A stretch of DNA of 64,000 bases, taken from contig CBDAPX010000001.1 of the NCBI GenBank assembly GCA_965198725.1, forward strand, positions 915,966-979,965, read 5' to 3'. The DNA comes from Paracoccaceae bacterium. GTDB taxonomy: Bacteria > Pseudomonadota > Alphaproteobacteria > Rhodobacterales > Rhodobacteraceae. A program made the position numbers and the translations under genes. Of the stretch, positions 11,743 through 22,618 are shown one piece after another. How positions within the stretch are numbered: position 1 is the stretch's first letter; each line of letters begins with the position of its first letter. The notes under the pieces were generated by a model that saw nothing but the letters and a program-made list of their open reading frames with translations, was not told the origin of the DNA and did no database searches.

Positions 11743-13261
11743 ATGAGCATGATACAGACCAGTCAAGACGCAGCACGGGCGGAACTACGCCAAGCACGCC
11801 GCAAAAGCAGAAACCTGTTTTGGTTCGTTGGCATTTTCAGCATGTTTGCAAACCTGCTGATGCTGACGGGACCGATTTACATGCTACAGGTCTATGATCG
11901 CGTTTTGGGCAGCCGGTCCGAAGCCACTCTGATCGCTTTGTCGGTTCTTGTCTTGTTTCTGTACTCCATTATGGGAATTTTGGATTACACACGGGGCCGG
12001 ATCATGGCGAGGGCTGCCGCACGGTTTCAGTCGGGGCTGGACGTGCGCGTTTTCAACGCTGTGATCCGTCGATCGTCGATCGGGACTTCAACATCTGCAC
12101 AATCCGGGTTGGGCGATCTGGAATCGATACAAAGACTGATCGCTTCACCGGTTATGATGTCAGCCTTTGACTTGCCTTGGACGCCGATTTTTCTTGCTGG
12201 TATAGCACTTTTTCACCCTTGGCTTGGCCTATTGGCAATTGCTGGCGGTTTGGTTTTGATCCTGGTTTCCGTGCTCAATCAGGCGTTCTCCAGAAGGCCG
12301 TCGGCCGAAGCGAACAAGGCCTCTCATGTCGGTACTGCTGTGTCGGATCAAATGCGGACCGAAGCTGAAATGGTTGAAAGCATGGGCATGCGAGAAGCCG
12401 CTTTTCGGAGATGGAGCAAATTGCGCGACGTCTCGCTGGAGCGGACTATGGCAACAGGGGATGTTACTGAAACCTTCTCTACCATGACAAAGACACTGAG
12501 ATTGTTGCTACAATCTGCCATGCTAGGGCTTGGCGCCTATCTTGTCTTGCAAGCTGAATTAACAACCGGCGCCATGATTGCTGCATCAATCCTGATGGGC
12601 CGAGCATTGGCGCCCATAGAACTGGCGATAAACCAATGGCCTTTGGTTCAAAGAGCACAATTGGGATGGTCGAATTTGGTCGAACTTTTAAGCGAAGTTC
12701 AGCCAGAGCCGAAAAAAACGCAGTTGCCGGTACCTAAAGCGCGGCTTGAGGTCCGGAACGTAACGGTTGTCGCACCGGGTGAAAAAACTGCTGCGTTGAA
12801 AAACGTGAGCTTCGACGTACAACCTGGTCAGGCGGTTGGCGTTATTGGTCCATCGGGAGCAGGTAAGTCTACGCTAGCGCGTGCGTTGACGGGTGTCTGG
12901 CGCTCTGCCGGAGGTATAATTCGGTTGGATGGAGCTGCTCTGGATCAATACTCTGATCAAACACTAGGTCGTCACATTGGTTACCTGCCACAGCGCGTCC
13001 AGTTGTTTGCAGGAACGATCGCGGACAATATTGCACGGCTAAATGAAAACCCGGACGCGGAAAAAGTTGTGGCCGCAGCGCAAAAAGCGGCCGCTCATGA
13101 AATGATACTGCAGTTACCACAAGGTCACGATACAGTCATTGATACAGCTGGTTCGCGTCTGTCGGGCGGTCAAATGCAGAGAATTGGCTTGGCGAGAGCC
13201 CTATATGACGACCCCGTTGTACTGATATTAGACGAGCCGAACTCAAATCTGTATAACACCG
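11743..13261 (+). pseudogene. type I secretion system permease/ATPase (PrtD/AprD family), 3' end removed by IS
   Basis: Intact TMD + Walker A GPSGAGKST, LSGGQ, Walker B LILDEPNSNL. Reading then runs into the IS inverted repeat and stops, so about 60-70 C-terminal aa are missing. Confidence 0.85.
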
Positions 13262-13302
13262 TGAACCGCCCCAGTTTTGGCGGAGACTATTGAGTTCGTA
13301 TT

Positions 13303-14202
13303 TCAAGCTGCGATTTTGTCTGACTTCAAGGCTTCTTCGTATCTCTCCTCGGCTTCGATTGGCGTGATGTACCCGAGTGGTTCAAGCAGGCGCTCTTTGT
13401 TGAACCAGTCCACCCATAGCAGGGTTTCCCATTCGACCTGATCCTTGGACTTCCACGGACCTAGTTGATTGATGACTTCGGTTTTGAAGAGGCCGATGAT
13501 CGTCTCAGCCAGTGCATTGTCATAGCTGTCACCAACGCTGCCGACGGATGGCTCCAGCCCAGCATCGGCCAACCGTTCTGTGTACTTGATCAACACGTAT
13601 TGGCTGCCGCGATCTGAATGATGGATCAGTTTCTCAGCGGGTCTGCGTGCGTGGATCGCCTGTTCAAGCGCATCTAAGACAAACTGCGTGTCCTGCGTTG
13701 TTGATGCCTTCCAGCCCACAATCCGGTTCGCGAAGGTATCAATGACGAACGCCACATAGACGAACCCGCGCCAGGTCGAGACGAACGTAAAGTCGGACAC
13801 CCACAGTTCGTTCGGCATTGAAGCCCTGAACTGGCGATTGACCTTGTCCAGCGGGCATTGATCCGCAGGTTGACCACAGGTGGTTTTGACCTTCTTTCCG
13901 CGCCGGACGCCTTGAATGCTAAGCTGGCGCATCAACCGTTCTACAGTGCAGCGAGCAATATCAATCTTCTCGCGATTCATCGCGTGCCATAGTTTGCGTG
14001 CGCCATAGACAGAACGGTTCTTCTCCCAAACATCCTTCATCGTTTTGCGCAGAAACTCATCCCGCTTGGCCCGGTCCGAGGCACGGTCGGGATCACGCTC
14101 GATGGCAATGCGTTTATAGAACGTCGAAGGGGCAATCTGGAGAACTCTACAGATCGGCTCGACCCCATGCGCCCCACGATGATCCTTGATGAAGGCAATC
14201 AT
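13303..14202 (-). CDS. IS3-family transposase OrfB (DDE integrase core)
   Basis: 299 aa; ...WVSDFTFV...HSDRGSQY...DNALAET... DDE/rve motifs; overlaps orfA stop in the -1 frame. Confidence 0.9.
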   Translation of the reverse strand: MIAFIKDHRGAHGVEPICRVLQIAPSTFYKRIAIERDPDRASDRAKRDEFLRKTMKDVWEKNRSVYGARKLWHAMNREKIDIARCTVERLMRQLSIQGVRRGKKVKTTCGQPADQCPLDKVNRQFRASMPNELWVSDFTFVSTWRGFVYVAFVIDTFANRIVGWKASTTQDTQFVLDALEQAIHARRPAEKLIHHSDRGSQYVLIKYTERLADAGLEPSVGSVGDSYDNALAETIIGLFKTEVINQLGPWKSKDQVEWETLLWVDWFNKERLLEPLGYITPIEAEERYEEALKSDKIAA

Positions 14203-14531
14203 TTGCGGAATGGGCGGTCGAGCTCCGCCTGAGCAAAATAAGCAGATGCCTTCTTCAGGATCTCATTTGCCTGACGCAACTGCCGGTTCTCGCGCTCAAG
14301 TTCTTTGATGCGATCCCGCTCTGCAGAGGTCACGCCATCGCGTTTGCCGGTATCCGCCTCGTGTTGCTTGACCCAGATACGAAGGCTGTCTCTGCTGCAC
14401 CCAACCTTCTGAGAGATCGACAAAAGTGCTGCCGATCTGCTCGTGTATTCGCTCTCGTGATCCAAGACCATCCGCACCGCTCGTGCGCGCAATTCCTCTG
14501 GATAACGTGTTCCGTTCTTTGTCTTTCCCAT
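14199..14531 (-). CDS. IS3-family transposase OrfA (HTH + leucine zipper)
   Basis: 110 aa; YPEELRARAVRMV..., ...ELERENRQLRQANEILKKASAYFAQ typical IS3 OrfA end. Confidence 0.9.
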   Translation of the reverse strand: MGKTKNGTRYPEELRARAVRMVLDHESEYTSRSAALLSISQKVGCSRDSLRIWVKQHEADTGKRDGVTSAERDRIKELERENRQLRQANEILKKASAYFAQAELDRPFRK

Positions 14532-14579
14532 GACCCAGTATCCTTACTTCTGGGTCTCCGCCAAACAAGGGGCGCTTCA

Positions 14580-15368
14580 GGTCTTAAAGCTCAACAGACT
14601 TCGGTGCAGCGCCAGTTAGAACTGATACAGAAAGAACTAGCCGATCAAACCACCCTGTTTGAACGTGGATTGGCGCAAGCGTCTCGAGTTTTGGCGTTAC
14701 AGCGGGAAGATGCCAATCTGGAAGGCAGTTTGGGAGAATTGATTGCAGGAGAAGCGCAGGCTGCCGGTCGAATTACCGAGATTGAGATCGAGATACTGAA
14801 GCTGGACTCACGCCGGCGCGAAGAAGCCATTACGCAGTTGCGTGATTTGCAATACAGAGAGCTGGAGCTTGCGGAAAACCGGCGGGCTCTCAAGGAACAG
14901 TTGAAACGGCAGGACATACGCGCACCGGTTTCCGGAATTGTCTACGGGCTGCAGTTCCAGACACCTAGGTCGGTTATTCGACCGGCCGATCCGGTCATGT
15001 ACATCGTCCCACAGGACCGTCCCTTGGTGATAGCCGCACAGGTGCAGCCAACTGACATCGATCAGCTTTACGTCGGCCAACAAGCCGTACTGCGCTTCAC
15101 AGCATTGGATCAAAGGCTTACCCCAGAACTCTTCGGAACAGTAACCCATATTTCGGCGGACGCTTTCGCTGAAGAAAACACGGGAGCGTAATTCTACCGT
15201 GCTGAGGTGTTTTTGAACGAGCATGAAACAGAAAAGTTGCCGGACGGCGCAGTGTTGATCCCCGGCATGCCGGTTGATGCATTTATCCGGACAGGTGACC
15301 GGTCGCCGCTGGATTACCTGACAAAACCCTTCACGGATTATTTTGTGCCCGCCTTCCGCGAAAGCTGA
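14580..15368 (+). pseudogene. HlyD-family T1SS membrane-fusion protein remnant (N-terminal part deleted, in-frame TAA at 15189-15191)
   Basis: Starts immediately after the IS right end inside the coiled-coil region; ...IRAPVSGIVYGLQ...; same frame continues after TAA as FYRAEVFLNE...IPGMPVDAFIRTGDRSPLDYLTKP (canonical HlyD C-terminus). Confidence 0.85.
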
Positions 15369-15441
15369 GATTGCTCTTTTCGGGGCCGCGCTTCGCGGCT
15401 AGCGTCCGTTCGGACCATCCTCGGAATTGGAGAGCGGAAAG

Positions 15442-15900
15442 ATGAGCATCGAAGCAAAACTGGCGGAACTTGGCGTCACATTACCGGACGCACCTGCGCC
15501 GGCCGCAAACTATGTGCCTTATGTTCAAGTCGGCGATATCGTTTATGTCTCTGGACAGGTTTCCATGGGGCCGGACGGGTTCATCACCGGCAAGCTTGGC
15601 GATGACATGAGCATTGAAGACGCGGCCGACGCTGCGCGCAGCTGTGCCATCAGTTTGCTGGCCCAGGTTAAGGCGGCCTGTGGTGGCGACATTGAGCGTT
15701 TGGTGCGGGTCATCAAACTGACAGGCTTCGTCAACTCGACGCAGGATTTCGGAGATCAGCCAAAGGTGATCAATGGCGCGTCGGACTTTCTGGTCGAAGC
15801 GTTGGGTGATGCCGGGCGGCATTCCCGGTCTGCCGTCTCGGCAGCGTCTTTGCCCTTTGGCGTCGCTGTTGAGATCGAAGGCATTTTTCAGGTTTCATGA
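15442..15900 (+). CDS. RidA/YjgF family protein
   Basis: MSIEAKLAELG..LP......Y.P.V..G..VYVSGQ...G......GKLG......A..AAR...L...... Confidence 0.8.
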   Translation: MSIEAKLAELGVTLPDAPAPAANYVPYVQVGDIVYVSGQVSMGPDGFITGKLGDDMSIEDAADAARSCAISLLAQVKAACGGDIERLVRVIKLTGFVNSTQDFGDQPKVINGASDFLVEALGDAGRHSRSAVSAASLPFGVAVEIEGIFQVS

Positions 15901-16667
15901 TCCCTGCGCTTCCCGCCGCTTTTCTGACCACACCTCTGGCGCATCGGGCCTATCACGATGTGACAGATGGGCGGCCAGAAAACAGTCGCGCGGCAATCCG
16001 GGCGGCTGTTAGGGCGGGAAATGGGGTTGAGATTGACCTGCAGTTGACGTCTGACGGCGCGGCCGTCGTGTTCCACGACTATGATCTTGGACGGCTTACA
16101 CCGGAACGTGGTCCTATCCGACAGCGCAGCCTGCGGAACACCGCACAAATCCCGTTGCTGCACAGCGATGGAGAGACCATTCCAAGCCTGACAGAGGTTT
16201 TGGACATCGTGAACGGTGCGGTCCCGTTACTGATCGAATTAAAGGATCAGGATGGCGCGATGGGGCCCAATGTTGGTGCCTTGGAGGCGGCAACCATCGC
16301 CGCCTTGGAAGGATATGGTGGCCCTGTAGCCGTGATGTCATTCAATCCCAACAGCGTTGCGAAACTTGGCCAGTTGGCCCCGGGCATTTGTCGTGGACTG
16401 ACCACCGAAGACTATCCGCCCGAAAACTGGCCGTTTTCCAAGGCGATTTGTGCGCGCCTTCGCGATATTCCGGACTTTGATACTGTGGGTGCTGCCTTCA
16501 TTTCGCATAAGGCAACAGATTTGGACCGCCCGCGTGTGGCCGAGCTGAAAGCGCGCGGCGTGCCGATCCTTTGCTGGACAATCCGGTCGCCCGAACAAGA
16601 GGCAGAGGCGCGCAAGGTTGCCGATAATGTGACCTTTGATGGCTATGCCGCGGCAATCCCCTCTTGA
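15897..16667 (+). CDS. glycerophosphodiester phosphodiesterase family protein
   Basis: 256 aa; HRAY.....ENS..A...A...G..VEIDLQ...DG..VVFHD GDPD pattern. Confidence 0.75.
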   Translation: MIPALPAAFLTTPLAHRAYHDVTDGRPENSRAAIRAAVRAGNGVEIDLQLTSDGAAVVFHDYDLGRLTPERGPIRQRSLRNTAQIPLLHSDGETIPSLTEVLDIVNGAVPLLIELKDQDGAMGPNVGALEAATIAALEGYGGPVAVMSFNPNSVAKLGQLAPGICRGLTTEDYPPENWPFSKAICARLRDIPDFDTVGAAFISHKATDLDRPRVAELKARGVPILCWTIRSPEQEAEARKVADNVTFDGYAAAIPS

Positions 16668-16740
16668 ACAACCCTTTGCCGGGGCCAGATTGTAGCCTGT
16701 GCCGGGGAGAGACATCAGCGAACCAGAGCCACAGCGTCAG

Positions 16741-17919
16741 ATGCAGATCGAAATCCGTGTATTGGGCAGTTTGCGCGACATTGATGCCGCCGATTGGGAT
16801 GCGTGTGCCTGTCCTGAAACGGCTGACGGCGGCCGTCCGGTCGATCCTTTCACCACGCACCGTTTTTTGAGCGCGTTGGAGCAGAGCAATTCGGTTGGCG
16901 CCGGGACAGGCTGGCAGCCGCAATACCTTGCCGCCTATCAGGACGGGCTGTTGATCGGCTGCGCGCCGCTTTATGCCAAATCACACAGCCAGGGTGAGTA
17001 CATTTTTGACCACAACTGGGCCCATGCCTATGAACGGGCCGGCGGGCGGTATTACCCTAAGCTTCAGGTCGCGGTCCCGCACACGCCCGCAACCGGGCGC
17101 CGGTTGCTTGCACGTCCGGGGTATGAGGCGACCGCCCAAGCCGCCTTGGTGCAAGGGGCCGTTCAGCTTGCATCAGACAATAATGTCAGTTCGCTACATC
17201 TGACATTCTGCACCGAAGAAGAGGCCGAAGCCGGCACCGAAATGGGCTTGATGCGGCGGGTGACGCAACAGTTTCACTGGCTGAATGGCGATTACCCTGA
17301 CTTTGACGGGTTTCTGGGCAGCCTGTCATCGCGCAAGCGCAAGAATATCCGCAAAGAACGTAAGCAGGCGCATGGGTTTGGCGGTGAAATAGAGGTGTTT
17401 TCGGGCGACGATCTGCGCCCCGAGCATTGGGACGCCTTTTGGGTCTTTTACCAAGACACGGGCGCGCGAAAATGGGGTACACCTTATCTGACGCGCAAGT
17501 TCTTTGACCTTGTTCAGGAAAGCCTGCGTGACGACGTGGCACTCGTACTGGCGTCGCGCGAAGGTCGCTATGTGGCCGGCGCATTGAACTTCATCGGGCG
17601 CAACACGCTTTTTGGCCGTTATTGGGGCTGCATCGAGCACCACCCCTGCCTGCATTTCGAGCTTTGCTATTATCAGGCGATTGATATGGCCATTCAGATG
17701 GGCCTTGACCGTGTCGAGGCGGGCGCGCAGGGCGAGCATAAGCTGGCGCGTGGATACCTTCCGACGCAGACGCACAGCTTGCATTGGGTGGGCGACCCGG
17801 GGTTCGCAAATGCAATCGACCAGTATCTGGTCGCCGAACGCGCCGCGATTGAAGAAGAAATTGAGATCCTGACCGATTATGGTCCGTTCAAGAAAGTGGA
17901 TATCGAGGAACAGCAATGA
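16741..17919 (+). CDS. DUF482 / FemAB-like GNAT-fold protein
   Basis: Start at MQIEIRVL; ...[23 protein letters not shown]......L.G..PLY.KSHS.GEY.FDH.WA.AY conserved family block. Confidence 0.7.
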   Translation: MQIEIRVLGSLRDIDAADWDACACPETADGGRPVDPFTTHRFLSALEQSNSVGAGTGWQPQYLAAYQDGLLIGCAPLYAKSHSQGEYIFDHNWAHAYERAGGRYYPKLQVAVPHTPATGRRLLARPGYEATAQAALVQGAVQLASDNNVSSLHLTFCTEEEAEAGTEMGLMRRVTQQFHWLNGDYPDFDGFLGSLSSRKRKNIRKERKQAHGFGGEIEVFSGDDLRPEHWDAFWVFYQDTGARKWGTPYLTRKFFDLVQESLRDDVALVLASREGRYVAGALNFIGRNTLFGRYWGCIEHHPCLHFELCYYQAIDMAIQMGLDRVEAGAQGEHKLARGYLPTQTHSLHWVGDPGFANAIDQYLVAERAAIEEEIEILTDYGPFKKVDIEEQQ

Positions 17920-18209
17920 CCGAGAAATTGACCGATGCGGAACGCGACGCAGAGCTTGCGCCCCTGATGGACGCTGGATGGACCATGATGGATGGGCGCG
18001 ACGGCATCGAAAAAACCTTTGTGTTCAAGAACTTTGTCGATGCTTTTGGGTTCATGACGCGGGCGGCGATCTGGGCCGAAAAGTGGAACCATCATCCCGA
18101 ATGGTTCAACGTCTACAAAACCGTCAAGGTTCAACTGACAACGCATGACGCGGGCGGGCTCAGCGGTCTGGACGTCAAACTGGCCAAGAAGATGGATAGC
18201 CTAGTTTAG
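17916..18209 (+). CDS. phhB: 4a-hydroxytetrahydrobiopterin dehydratase
   Basis: 97 aa; ...[36 protein letters not shown] family. Confidence 0.85.
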   Translation: MTEKLTDAERDAELAPLMDAGWTMMDGRDGIEKTFVFKNFVDAFGFMTRAAIWAEKWNHHPEWFNVYKTVKVQLTTHDAGGLSGLDVKLAKKMDSLV

Positions 18210-19111
18210 AGCGGTGGTTTTCCCACAAGATCAAGCCAAAGCGCCTGAACCTTGTCCCTGTCGACAACAGCCTTCTGTGATTGCTTGCGCATCGTGGCAT
18301 CGGCGGCTGCGCGAATGGGCGCACCTGCCGGCAGTGAAGCGGTTTCCGTGGTCAGGATGTCTTTGGCGACTGCGGCGTCATTCATGGCGCCCAGCTGATC
18401 CTGCAAGACTTTGAGCGTTGCAACAAAATGCTGGGTTTCGGGGCGGTTGTGCAAGCTGTACGCGCATTCACAGGAATACCGCAGTTTTTTCAGCTCTTTG
18501 CGAAATTCGTGCCGCCCTTTTTCATTCAGCGTGGCGAACCGGTCGCCCATAGTATTGGCCTTGCCCATCCGTTTGGCAATCACGGTCTCCGACAAGGGCA
18601 ACAGGCCGTCTGCACCCTCATCGGGAAGCGTCCAATCGTCCGGTCTGGCCAAACTGTCCAGCGAGGCCAAAAAGCGTCCGACCCGCGATCCGGCAAGGGT
18701 TTTGCGCAATTGGACCTTGGCTTGCAAACGGGCGCTTTCCAGTTGTTGACCCAACGCGTGCAGCCCGTCGTCGGTTGTCGCTTTCTTAAGCTGCTTGGCC
18801 AAGGTTTCGGTCAGCAAGACATCGAGGTCACGTAAAACGCCCGCTTCGCGGCCCAGCCACTTGGCCTCTGCGGACAACAGGCTGACTTTGTCCTTTGTTA
18901 AAACCTTGGAAAAGTAGGACAGAGAGCTGCGGACGCGACGCAGTCCAACCCGCAATTGATGCGGGCCTTCGGGATCGTCACTGATCATTGTCACCACGCG
19001 CCCCGACTTGATCTGGGCAGCATGTTTGGCCATGAGCGCGGGGGCAGGGTGCAGCTTGGGCGCTGGTTCCGCCGATGCTTGGGGCTTTTGGTCTGTTTCG
19101 GTCATGCACAC
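18206..19111 (-). CDS. CHAD domain protein
   Basis: [14 protein letters not shown]... and [12 protein letters not shown]... are the repeated CHAD helix motifs. Confidence 0.75.
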   Translation of the reverse strand: MCMTETDQKPQASAEPAPKLHPAPALMAKHAAQIKSGRVVTMISDDPEGPHQLRVGLRRVRSSLSYFSKVLTKDKVSLLSAEAKWLGREAGVLRDLDVLLTETLAKQLKKATTDDGLHALGQQLESARLQAKVQLRKTLAGSRVGRFLASLDSLARPDDWTLPDEGADGLLPLSETVIAKRMGKANTMGDRFATLNEKGRHEFRKELKKLRYSCECAYSLHNRPETQHFVATLKVLQDQLGAMNDAAVAKDILTTETASLPAGAPIRAAADATMRKQSQKAVVDRDKVQALWLDLVGKPPL

Positions 19112-19168
19112 TCCGTTGGGTGGTCATAACGCAAAACTGCTTCAAGAGCAGGAAAATAAGTGTAAAGA

Positions 19169-19194
19169 GGCGCGGCTTTGTCCAAAACCGCGCC
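19169..19194 (-). terminator. hairpin downstream of the peroxiredoxin gene
   Basis: GGCGCGG-N12-CCGCGCC; on the minus strand followed by a moderately T-rich tail. Confidence 0.4.
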
Positions 19195-19217
19195 GAAATT
19201 GCCGTTGTGCAACGGGA

Positions 19218-19706
19218 TTAGATGGCGTCAAGCAACGCTTCGCCGCCGGACACTTCGCATACGCCGGGGTTTTCTTCGGCTTGCAGCACAGTGACCTTAC
19301 CGTCCTCAACGACCATCGCATAACGCTTTGACCGGGCCATCAGACCAACTGGCGGGGCGTCGAAGTTCATGCCGATGCCGGTGGTAAAGGCGCTTTCCGG
19401 GTCGGCCAGCATGGTGATGCCCGCATCGGTCGCGCCGGTGGCTTCGCCCCATGCTTTCATTACGAACGGGTCGTTGACCGAAATGCAGATGATTTCGTCG
19501 ACGCCCTTGGCGTCAAACTCGGCCTTGGTGCGGATGAAGCTTGGCACATGTGCAGAATGGCAGGTTGGGGTATATGCGCCCGGTACGGCAAAGATCACAA
19601 CCTTGCGGCCTGCGGTCTTGTCGGCCAGCGCAACGGGCGCCGGGCCTTCATCCCCCATTTGAACCAATGTCACCTCTGGCAGTGCGTCGCCGGTCGAAAT
19701 CGCCAT
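19218..19706 (-). CDS. Prx5-type peroxiredoxin
   Basis: 162 aa; FAVPGAYTPTCH peroxidatic-Cys motif. Confidence 0.9.
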   Translation of the reverse strand: MAISTGDALPEVTLVQMGDEGPAPVALADKTAGRKVVIFAVPGAYTPTCHSAHVPSFIRTKAEFDAKGVDEIICISVNDPFVMKAWGEATGATDAGITMLADPESAFTTGIGMNFDAPPVGLMARSKRYAMVVEDGKVTVLQAEENPGVCEVSGGEALLDAI

Positions 19707-19799
19707 GTCTCATCCTTCTCATGAATTGCGTTTCCGTTATGAACGCATATAGGCTGCCCGACGAATGCAACCAACCAATATTCCCGAAGGAAGAGGCAT

Positions 19800-21008
19800 A
19801 TGAGCCATATCGTTGTGATCGGAGGCGGTCAGGCCGGATCATCCCTAGTCGCGCGGCTGCGCAAGAACGGGTTCGACGGGGAAATTACCTTGGTTGGGTC
19901 AGAAGCGGTTCCGCCCTATCAGCGCCCACCGCTCAGCAAGGCCTATCTGATGGGGGATATGACGTTGGAACGTTTGTTCCTGCGACCAGAAACTTTCTAT
20001 GCCGAACAGAACATTTCCTTGCGGACAGGCGAAACCGTCAGCGCAATCGATCCCGCGGCGAAAACGGTCACCATCGGCGATGAGGTGGTCAATTACGATC
20101 ACCTGGTCCTGACAACCGGATCTGATCCGCGTCGTCTGCCGGCGAAAATCGGCGGTGATCTTGGCGGTGTCTATCTGGTGCGCACTTTGGCTGACGCTGA
20201 CGCCATGGCGCCCGCTTTTGTGGAAGGTGCCAAGGCACTTATCGTAGGCGGCGGCTACATCGGTCTTGAGGCAGCGGCGGTTGCGGCGAAATCTGGCGTC
20301 AAAGTTACCTTGGTCGAGATGGCGGATCGCATTCTGCAACGGGTCGCGGCGCCGGAAACAAGCGACTACTTTCGGGCGCTGCACAGCGATCATGGCGTCG
20401 ACATCCGGGAAGGTGTCGGGCTGGATCATCTGGTCGGGGACGAAGCGGTGTCTCAGGCCGTTTTGACCGATGGAACGACACTGGACGTGGATTTCGTGAT
20501 CGTCGGTGTGGGCATTGCCCCGGCCACAGGCTTGGCCGAGTCCGCTGGACTGACGCTCGACAACGGGATCTCAACCAATGAATTTGGCCAAACCTCGGAC
20601 CCGTCGATCTGGGCGGCCGGGGATTGTGCGAGCTTTCCTTACAAGGGAAAGCGTATCCGACTTGAAAGCGTGCCCAACGCAATCGATCAGGCCGAATGTG
20701 TTGCGGACAACATCATGGGGGCCGAAAAACCCTATGTCGCAAAGCCATGGTTCTGGTCCGACCAGTACGACGTCAAATTGCAAATCGCAGGCCTGAACAC
20801 GGGCTATGACCGCGTTGTCACGCGGGCGGGTGAGGGGCTGTCAGTGTCTTTCTGGTATTATAATGGCGGCACGTTGCTGGCCGTGGACGCAATGAACGAC
20901 CCGCGCGGTTACATGATTGGCAAACGTCTGATCGATGCGGGCAAAACGGCAGATCCGGACGTAGTTGGCGACCCAGCGGCCGATCTGAAAGCGCTTTTGA
21001 AAGCGTGA
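19800..21008 (+). CDS. FAD-dependent NAD(P)H ferredoxin-reductase-like oxidoreductase
   Basis: 402 aa; VVIGGGQAG and IVGGGYIGLE dinucleotide folds, ...AAGDCA...; putidaredoxin/rubredoxin-reductase-like. Confidence 0.8.
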   Translation: MSHIVVIGGGQAGSSLVARLRKNGFDGEITLVGSEAVPPYQRPPLSKAYLMGDMTLERLFLRPETFYAEQNISLRTGETVSAIDPAAKTVTIGDEVVNYDHLVLTTGSDPRRLPAKIGGDLGGVYLVRTLADADAMAPAFVEGAKALIVGGGYIGLEAAAVAAKSGVKVTLVEMADRILQRVAAPETSDYFRALHSDHGVDIREGVGLDHLVGDEAVSQAVLTDGTTLDVDFVIVGVGIAPATGLAESAGLTLDNGISTNEFGQTSDPSIWAAGDCASFPYKGKRIRLESVPNAIDQAECVADNIMGAEKPYVAKPWFWSDQYDVKLQIAGLNTGYDRVVTRAGEGLSVSFWYYNGGTLLAVDAMNDPRGYMIGKRLIDAGKTADPDVVGDPAADLKALLKA

Positions 21009-21565
21009 GGATCGTCGCAGGCAAGTATCGTGGTCGTGCGCTGACCCCTCTAGGGCGTGGTGATGCAGGCGCGCATTTGCGCCCCACGACGGACCGCATC
21101 CGCGAAAGCCTGTTCAACATCCTTGGCCATCGTTTTGACTTTGAGGGTGCGCGGGTGCTCGACCTTTTCGCGGGCACCGGTGCGTTGGGCCTTGAGGCGT
21201 TATCGCGCGGTGCGTCCGAGGTGGCGTTTGTCGATGACGGACGTATTGCGGGCGGGCTGATCCAGAAAAACATCGACCTTCTGGGCGTTCGCGGCGAAGC
21301 ATGTCTGATCCGGGCCAATGCCGCCCGATTGCGGGAAAACGCCGGTGCGCCCTATGACCTTGTGTTTCTCGATCCGCCCTATGGCAAAAACCTGGGCGAG
21401 AAAGCCATTGCCTCGGCCTTGCGCCATGGATGGATTGCGGCGGGTGCGTTGATTGTGTGGGAAGAGGGCCAAGAGGTCGCTGTTCCCGACGGGTTTGAAG
21501 CCGAGGATCAGCGCAAATTCGGCCAAACCCAAGTCCTGATCATGCGACGGCGCGACAATTCCTAA
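21005..21565 (+). CDS. rsmD: 16S rRNA (guanine966-N2)-methyltransferase RsmD
   Basis: RIVAGKYRGR.L....G...RPTTDR.RE.LFN.L; FAGTGALGLEALSRGA; FLDPPY. Confidence 0.85.
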   Translation: MRIVAGKYRGRALTPLGRGDAGAHLRPTTDRIRESLFNILGHRFDFEGARVLDLFAGTGALGLEALSRGASEVAFVDDGRIAGGLIQKNIDLLGVRGEACLIRANAARLRENAGAPYDLVFLDPPYGKNLGEKAIASALRHGWIAAGALIVWEEGQEVAVPDGFEAEDQRKFGQTQVLIMRRRDNS

Positions 21566-21757
21566 TTCGTGCTATGCTGCCGCTATGGATGCAGCGATTC
21601 ACAAATGGTTCGGCTGGTGGACGGCCAAGGATGATACCAAGGTGAAAACCGGCCCGGCGAAGCCGCGCCGGACCCCTGTATTTATCCACGACGCCATCAC
21701 ACCTTGTCAGGATGAGACCCTGTTGTTGATGCTGTTGCGGCGTTCAGACCGGGACGA

Positions 21758-22570
21758 TCAGCCGTAAGTGGGATGGAACTTTCCGGCGGGCGACAGAGTA
21801 AATATCTCTGCCCCATCCTTTGTCACACCGACCGAATGCTCAAACTGCGCCGACAGCGACTTGTCGCGCGTCACGGCAGTCCAGTCATCGGCAAGGGACT
21901 TGGTTTCCGGCCGTCCCAAATTGACCATCGGTTCGATGGTAAAGAACATGCCTTCTTCCAAAATCGCCCCGGTGCCGGGCCGTCCGTAGTGCAGGACATT
22001 AGGAGGCGCGTGGAAAACCTGGCCCAAGCCGTGGCCGCAAAAGTCGCGCACAACGCTCATCCGGTGTGATTCAACATAAGCCTGGATCGCGTGGCCAATA
22101 TCACCAAATGTCCGCCCCGGGCGGACCATCTCGATCCCCCGCAGCAGGGCATCATGTGTCACCTCGATCAAGCGCTCTGCTTTGCGGGGAAGCTCGCCTG
22201 CGACATACATCCGGCTGGTATCGCCGAACCAGCCGTCCACGATCACCGTCACGTCAATGTTCAGGATGTCCCCATCCTTCAACATCTTTTGTCCCGGGAT
22301 GCCGTGACAGACGACATGGTTCACGGAAATACAGCTGGCGTGCTTGTACCCTTTGTATCCGATCGTGGCCGAGGTGGCGCCGGCCTCTTCGACCATATCG
22401 GTGATGGCCTTGTCGATGGCCGCTGTGGTTTGCCCCGGAAACACCAGTTCCGCCATACGGTCCAAAATACCCGCAGCAACTGCGCCGGCCTTGTGCATGC
22501 CCGCGAAGTCAGAAGCGTCGTAGATGCGGATGCCGTCTTTGGTCAGCCGGCCGCGGAGTTCATTGTTCAA
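21758..22570 (-). CDS. map: type I methionine aminopeptidase
   Basis: 270 aa; ...SVNHVVCHGIP...DGDILNIDVT...GHG.G..FH..P...HY...EEGMFFTIEP. Confidence 0.9.
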   Translation of the reverse strand: MNNELRGRLTKDGIRIYDASDFAGMHKAGAVAAGILDRMAELVFPGQTTAAIDKAITDMVEEAGATSATIGYKGYKHASCISVNHVVCHGIPGQKMLKDGDILNIDVTVIVDGWFGDTSRMYVAGELPRKAERLIEVTHDALLRGIEMVRPGRTFGDIGHAIQAYVESHRMSVVRDFCGHGLGQVFHAPPNVLHYGRPGTGAILEEGMFFTIEPMVNLGRPETKSLADDWTAVTRDKSLSAQFEHSVGVTKDGAEIFTLSPAGKFHPTYG

Positions 22571-22618
22571 ATCGAGGCTCCGTTTCTGGAATGCGCATTA
22601 ATTTAGTGTGATTGCAGA

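Larger units (their letters stand above)
13262..14579 (-). mobile_element. IS3-family insertion sequence (IS3/IS51-like group), 1318 bp
   Basis: Terminal IRs TGAACCGCCCCAGTTTTGGCGGAGAC (13262-) vs reverse complement of right end TGAAGCGCCCCTTGTTTGGCGGAGAC (-14579); TG...CA ends; orfA/orfB inside; no flanking direct repeat. Confidence 0.85.

Noticed and set aside
13250-13261. Possibility that the IS at 13262 starts about 12 bp earlier (the ABC reading departs from the expected ..SNLD.. at 13249)
   Set aside because: The matching inverted repeat only begins at TGAAC (13262). The extra 10-12 nt have no counterpart at the right end. The boundary is kept at 13262, with uncertainty noted.
21585-21767. 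60-aa ORF between rsmD and map
   Set aside because: No RBS or recognisable family, unusual composition, and it overlaps the 3' end of map. Not reported as a gene.
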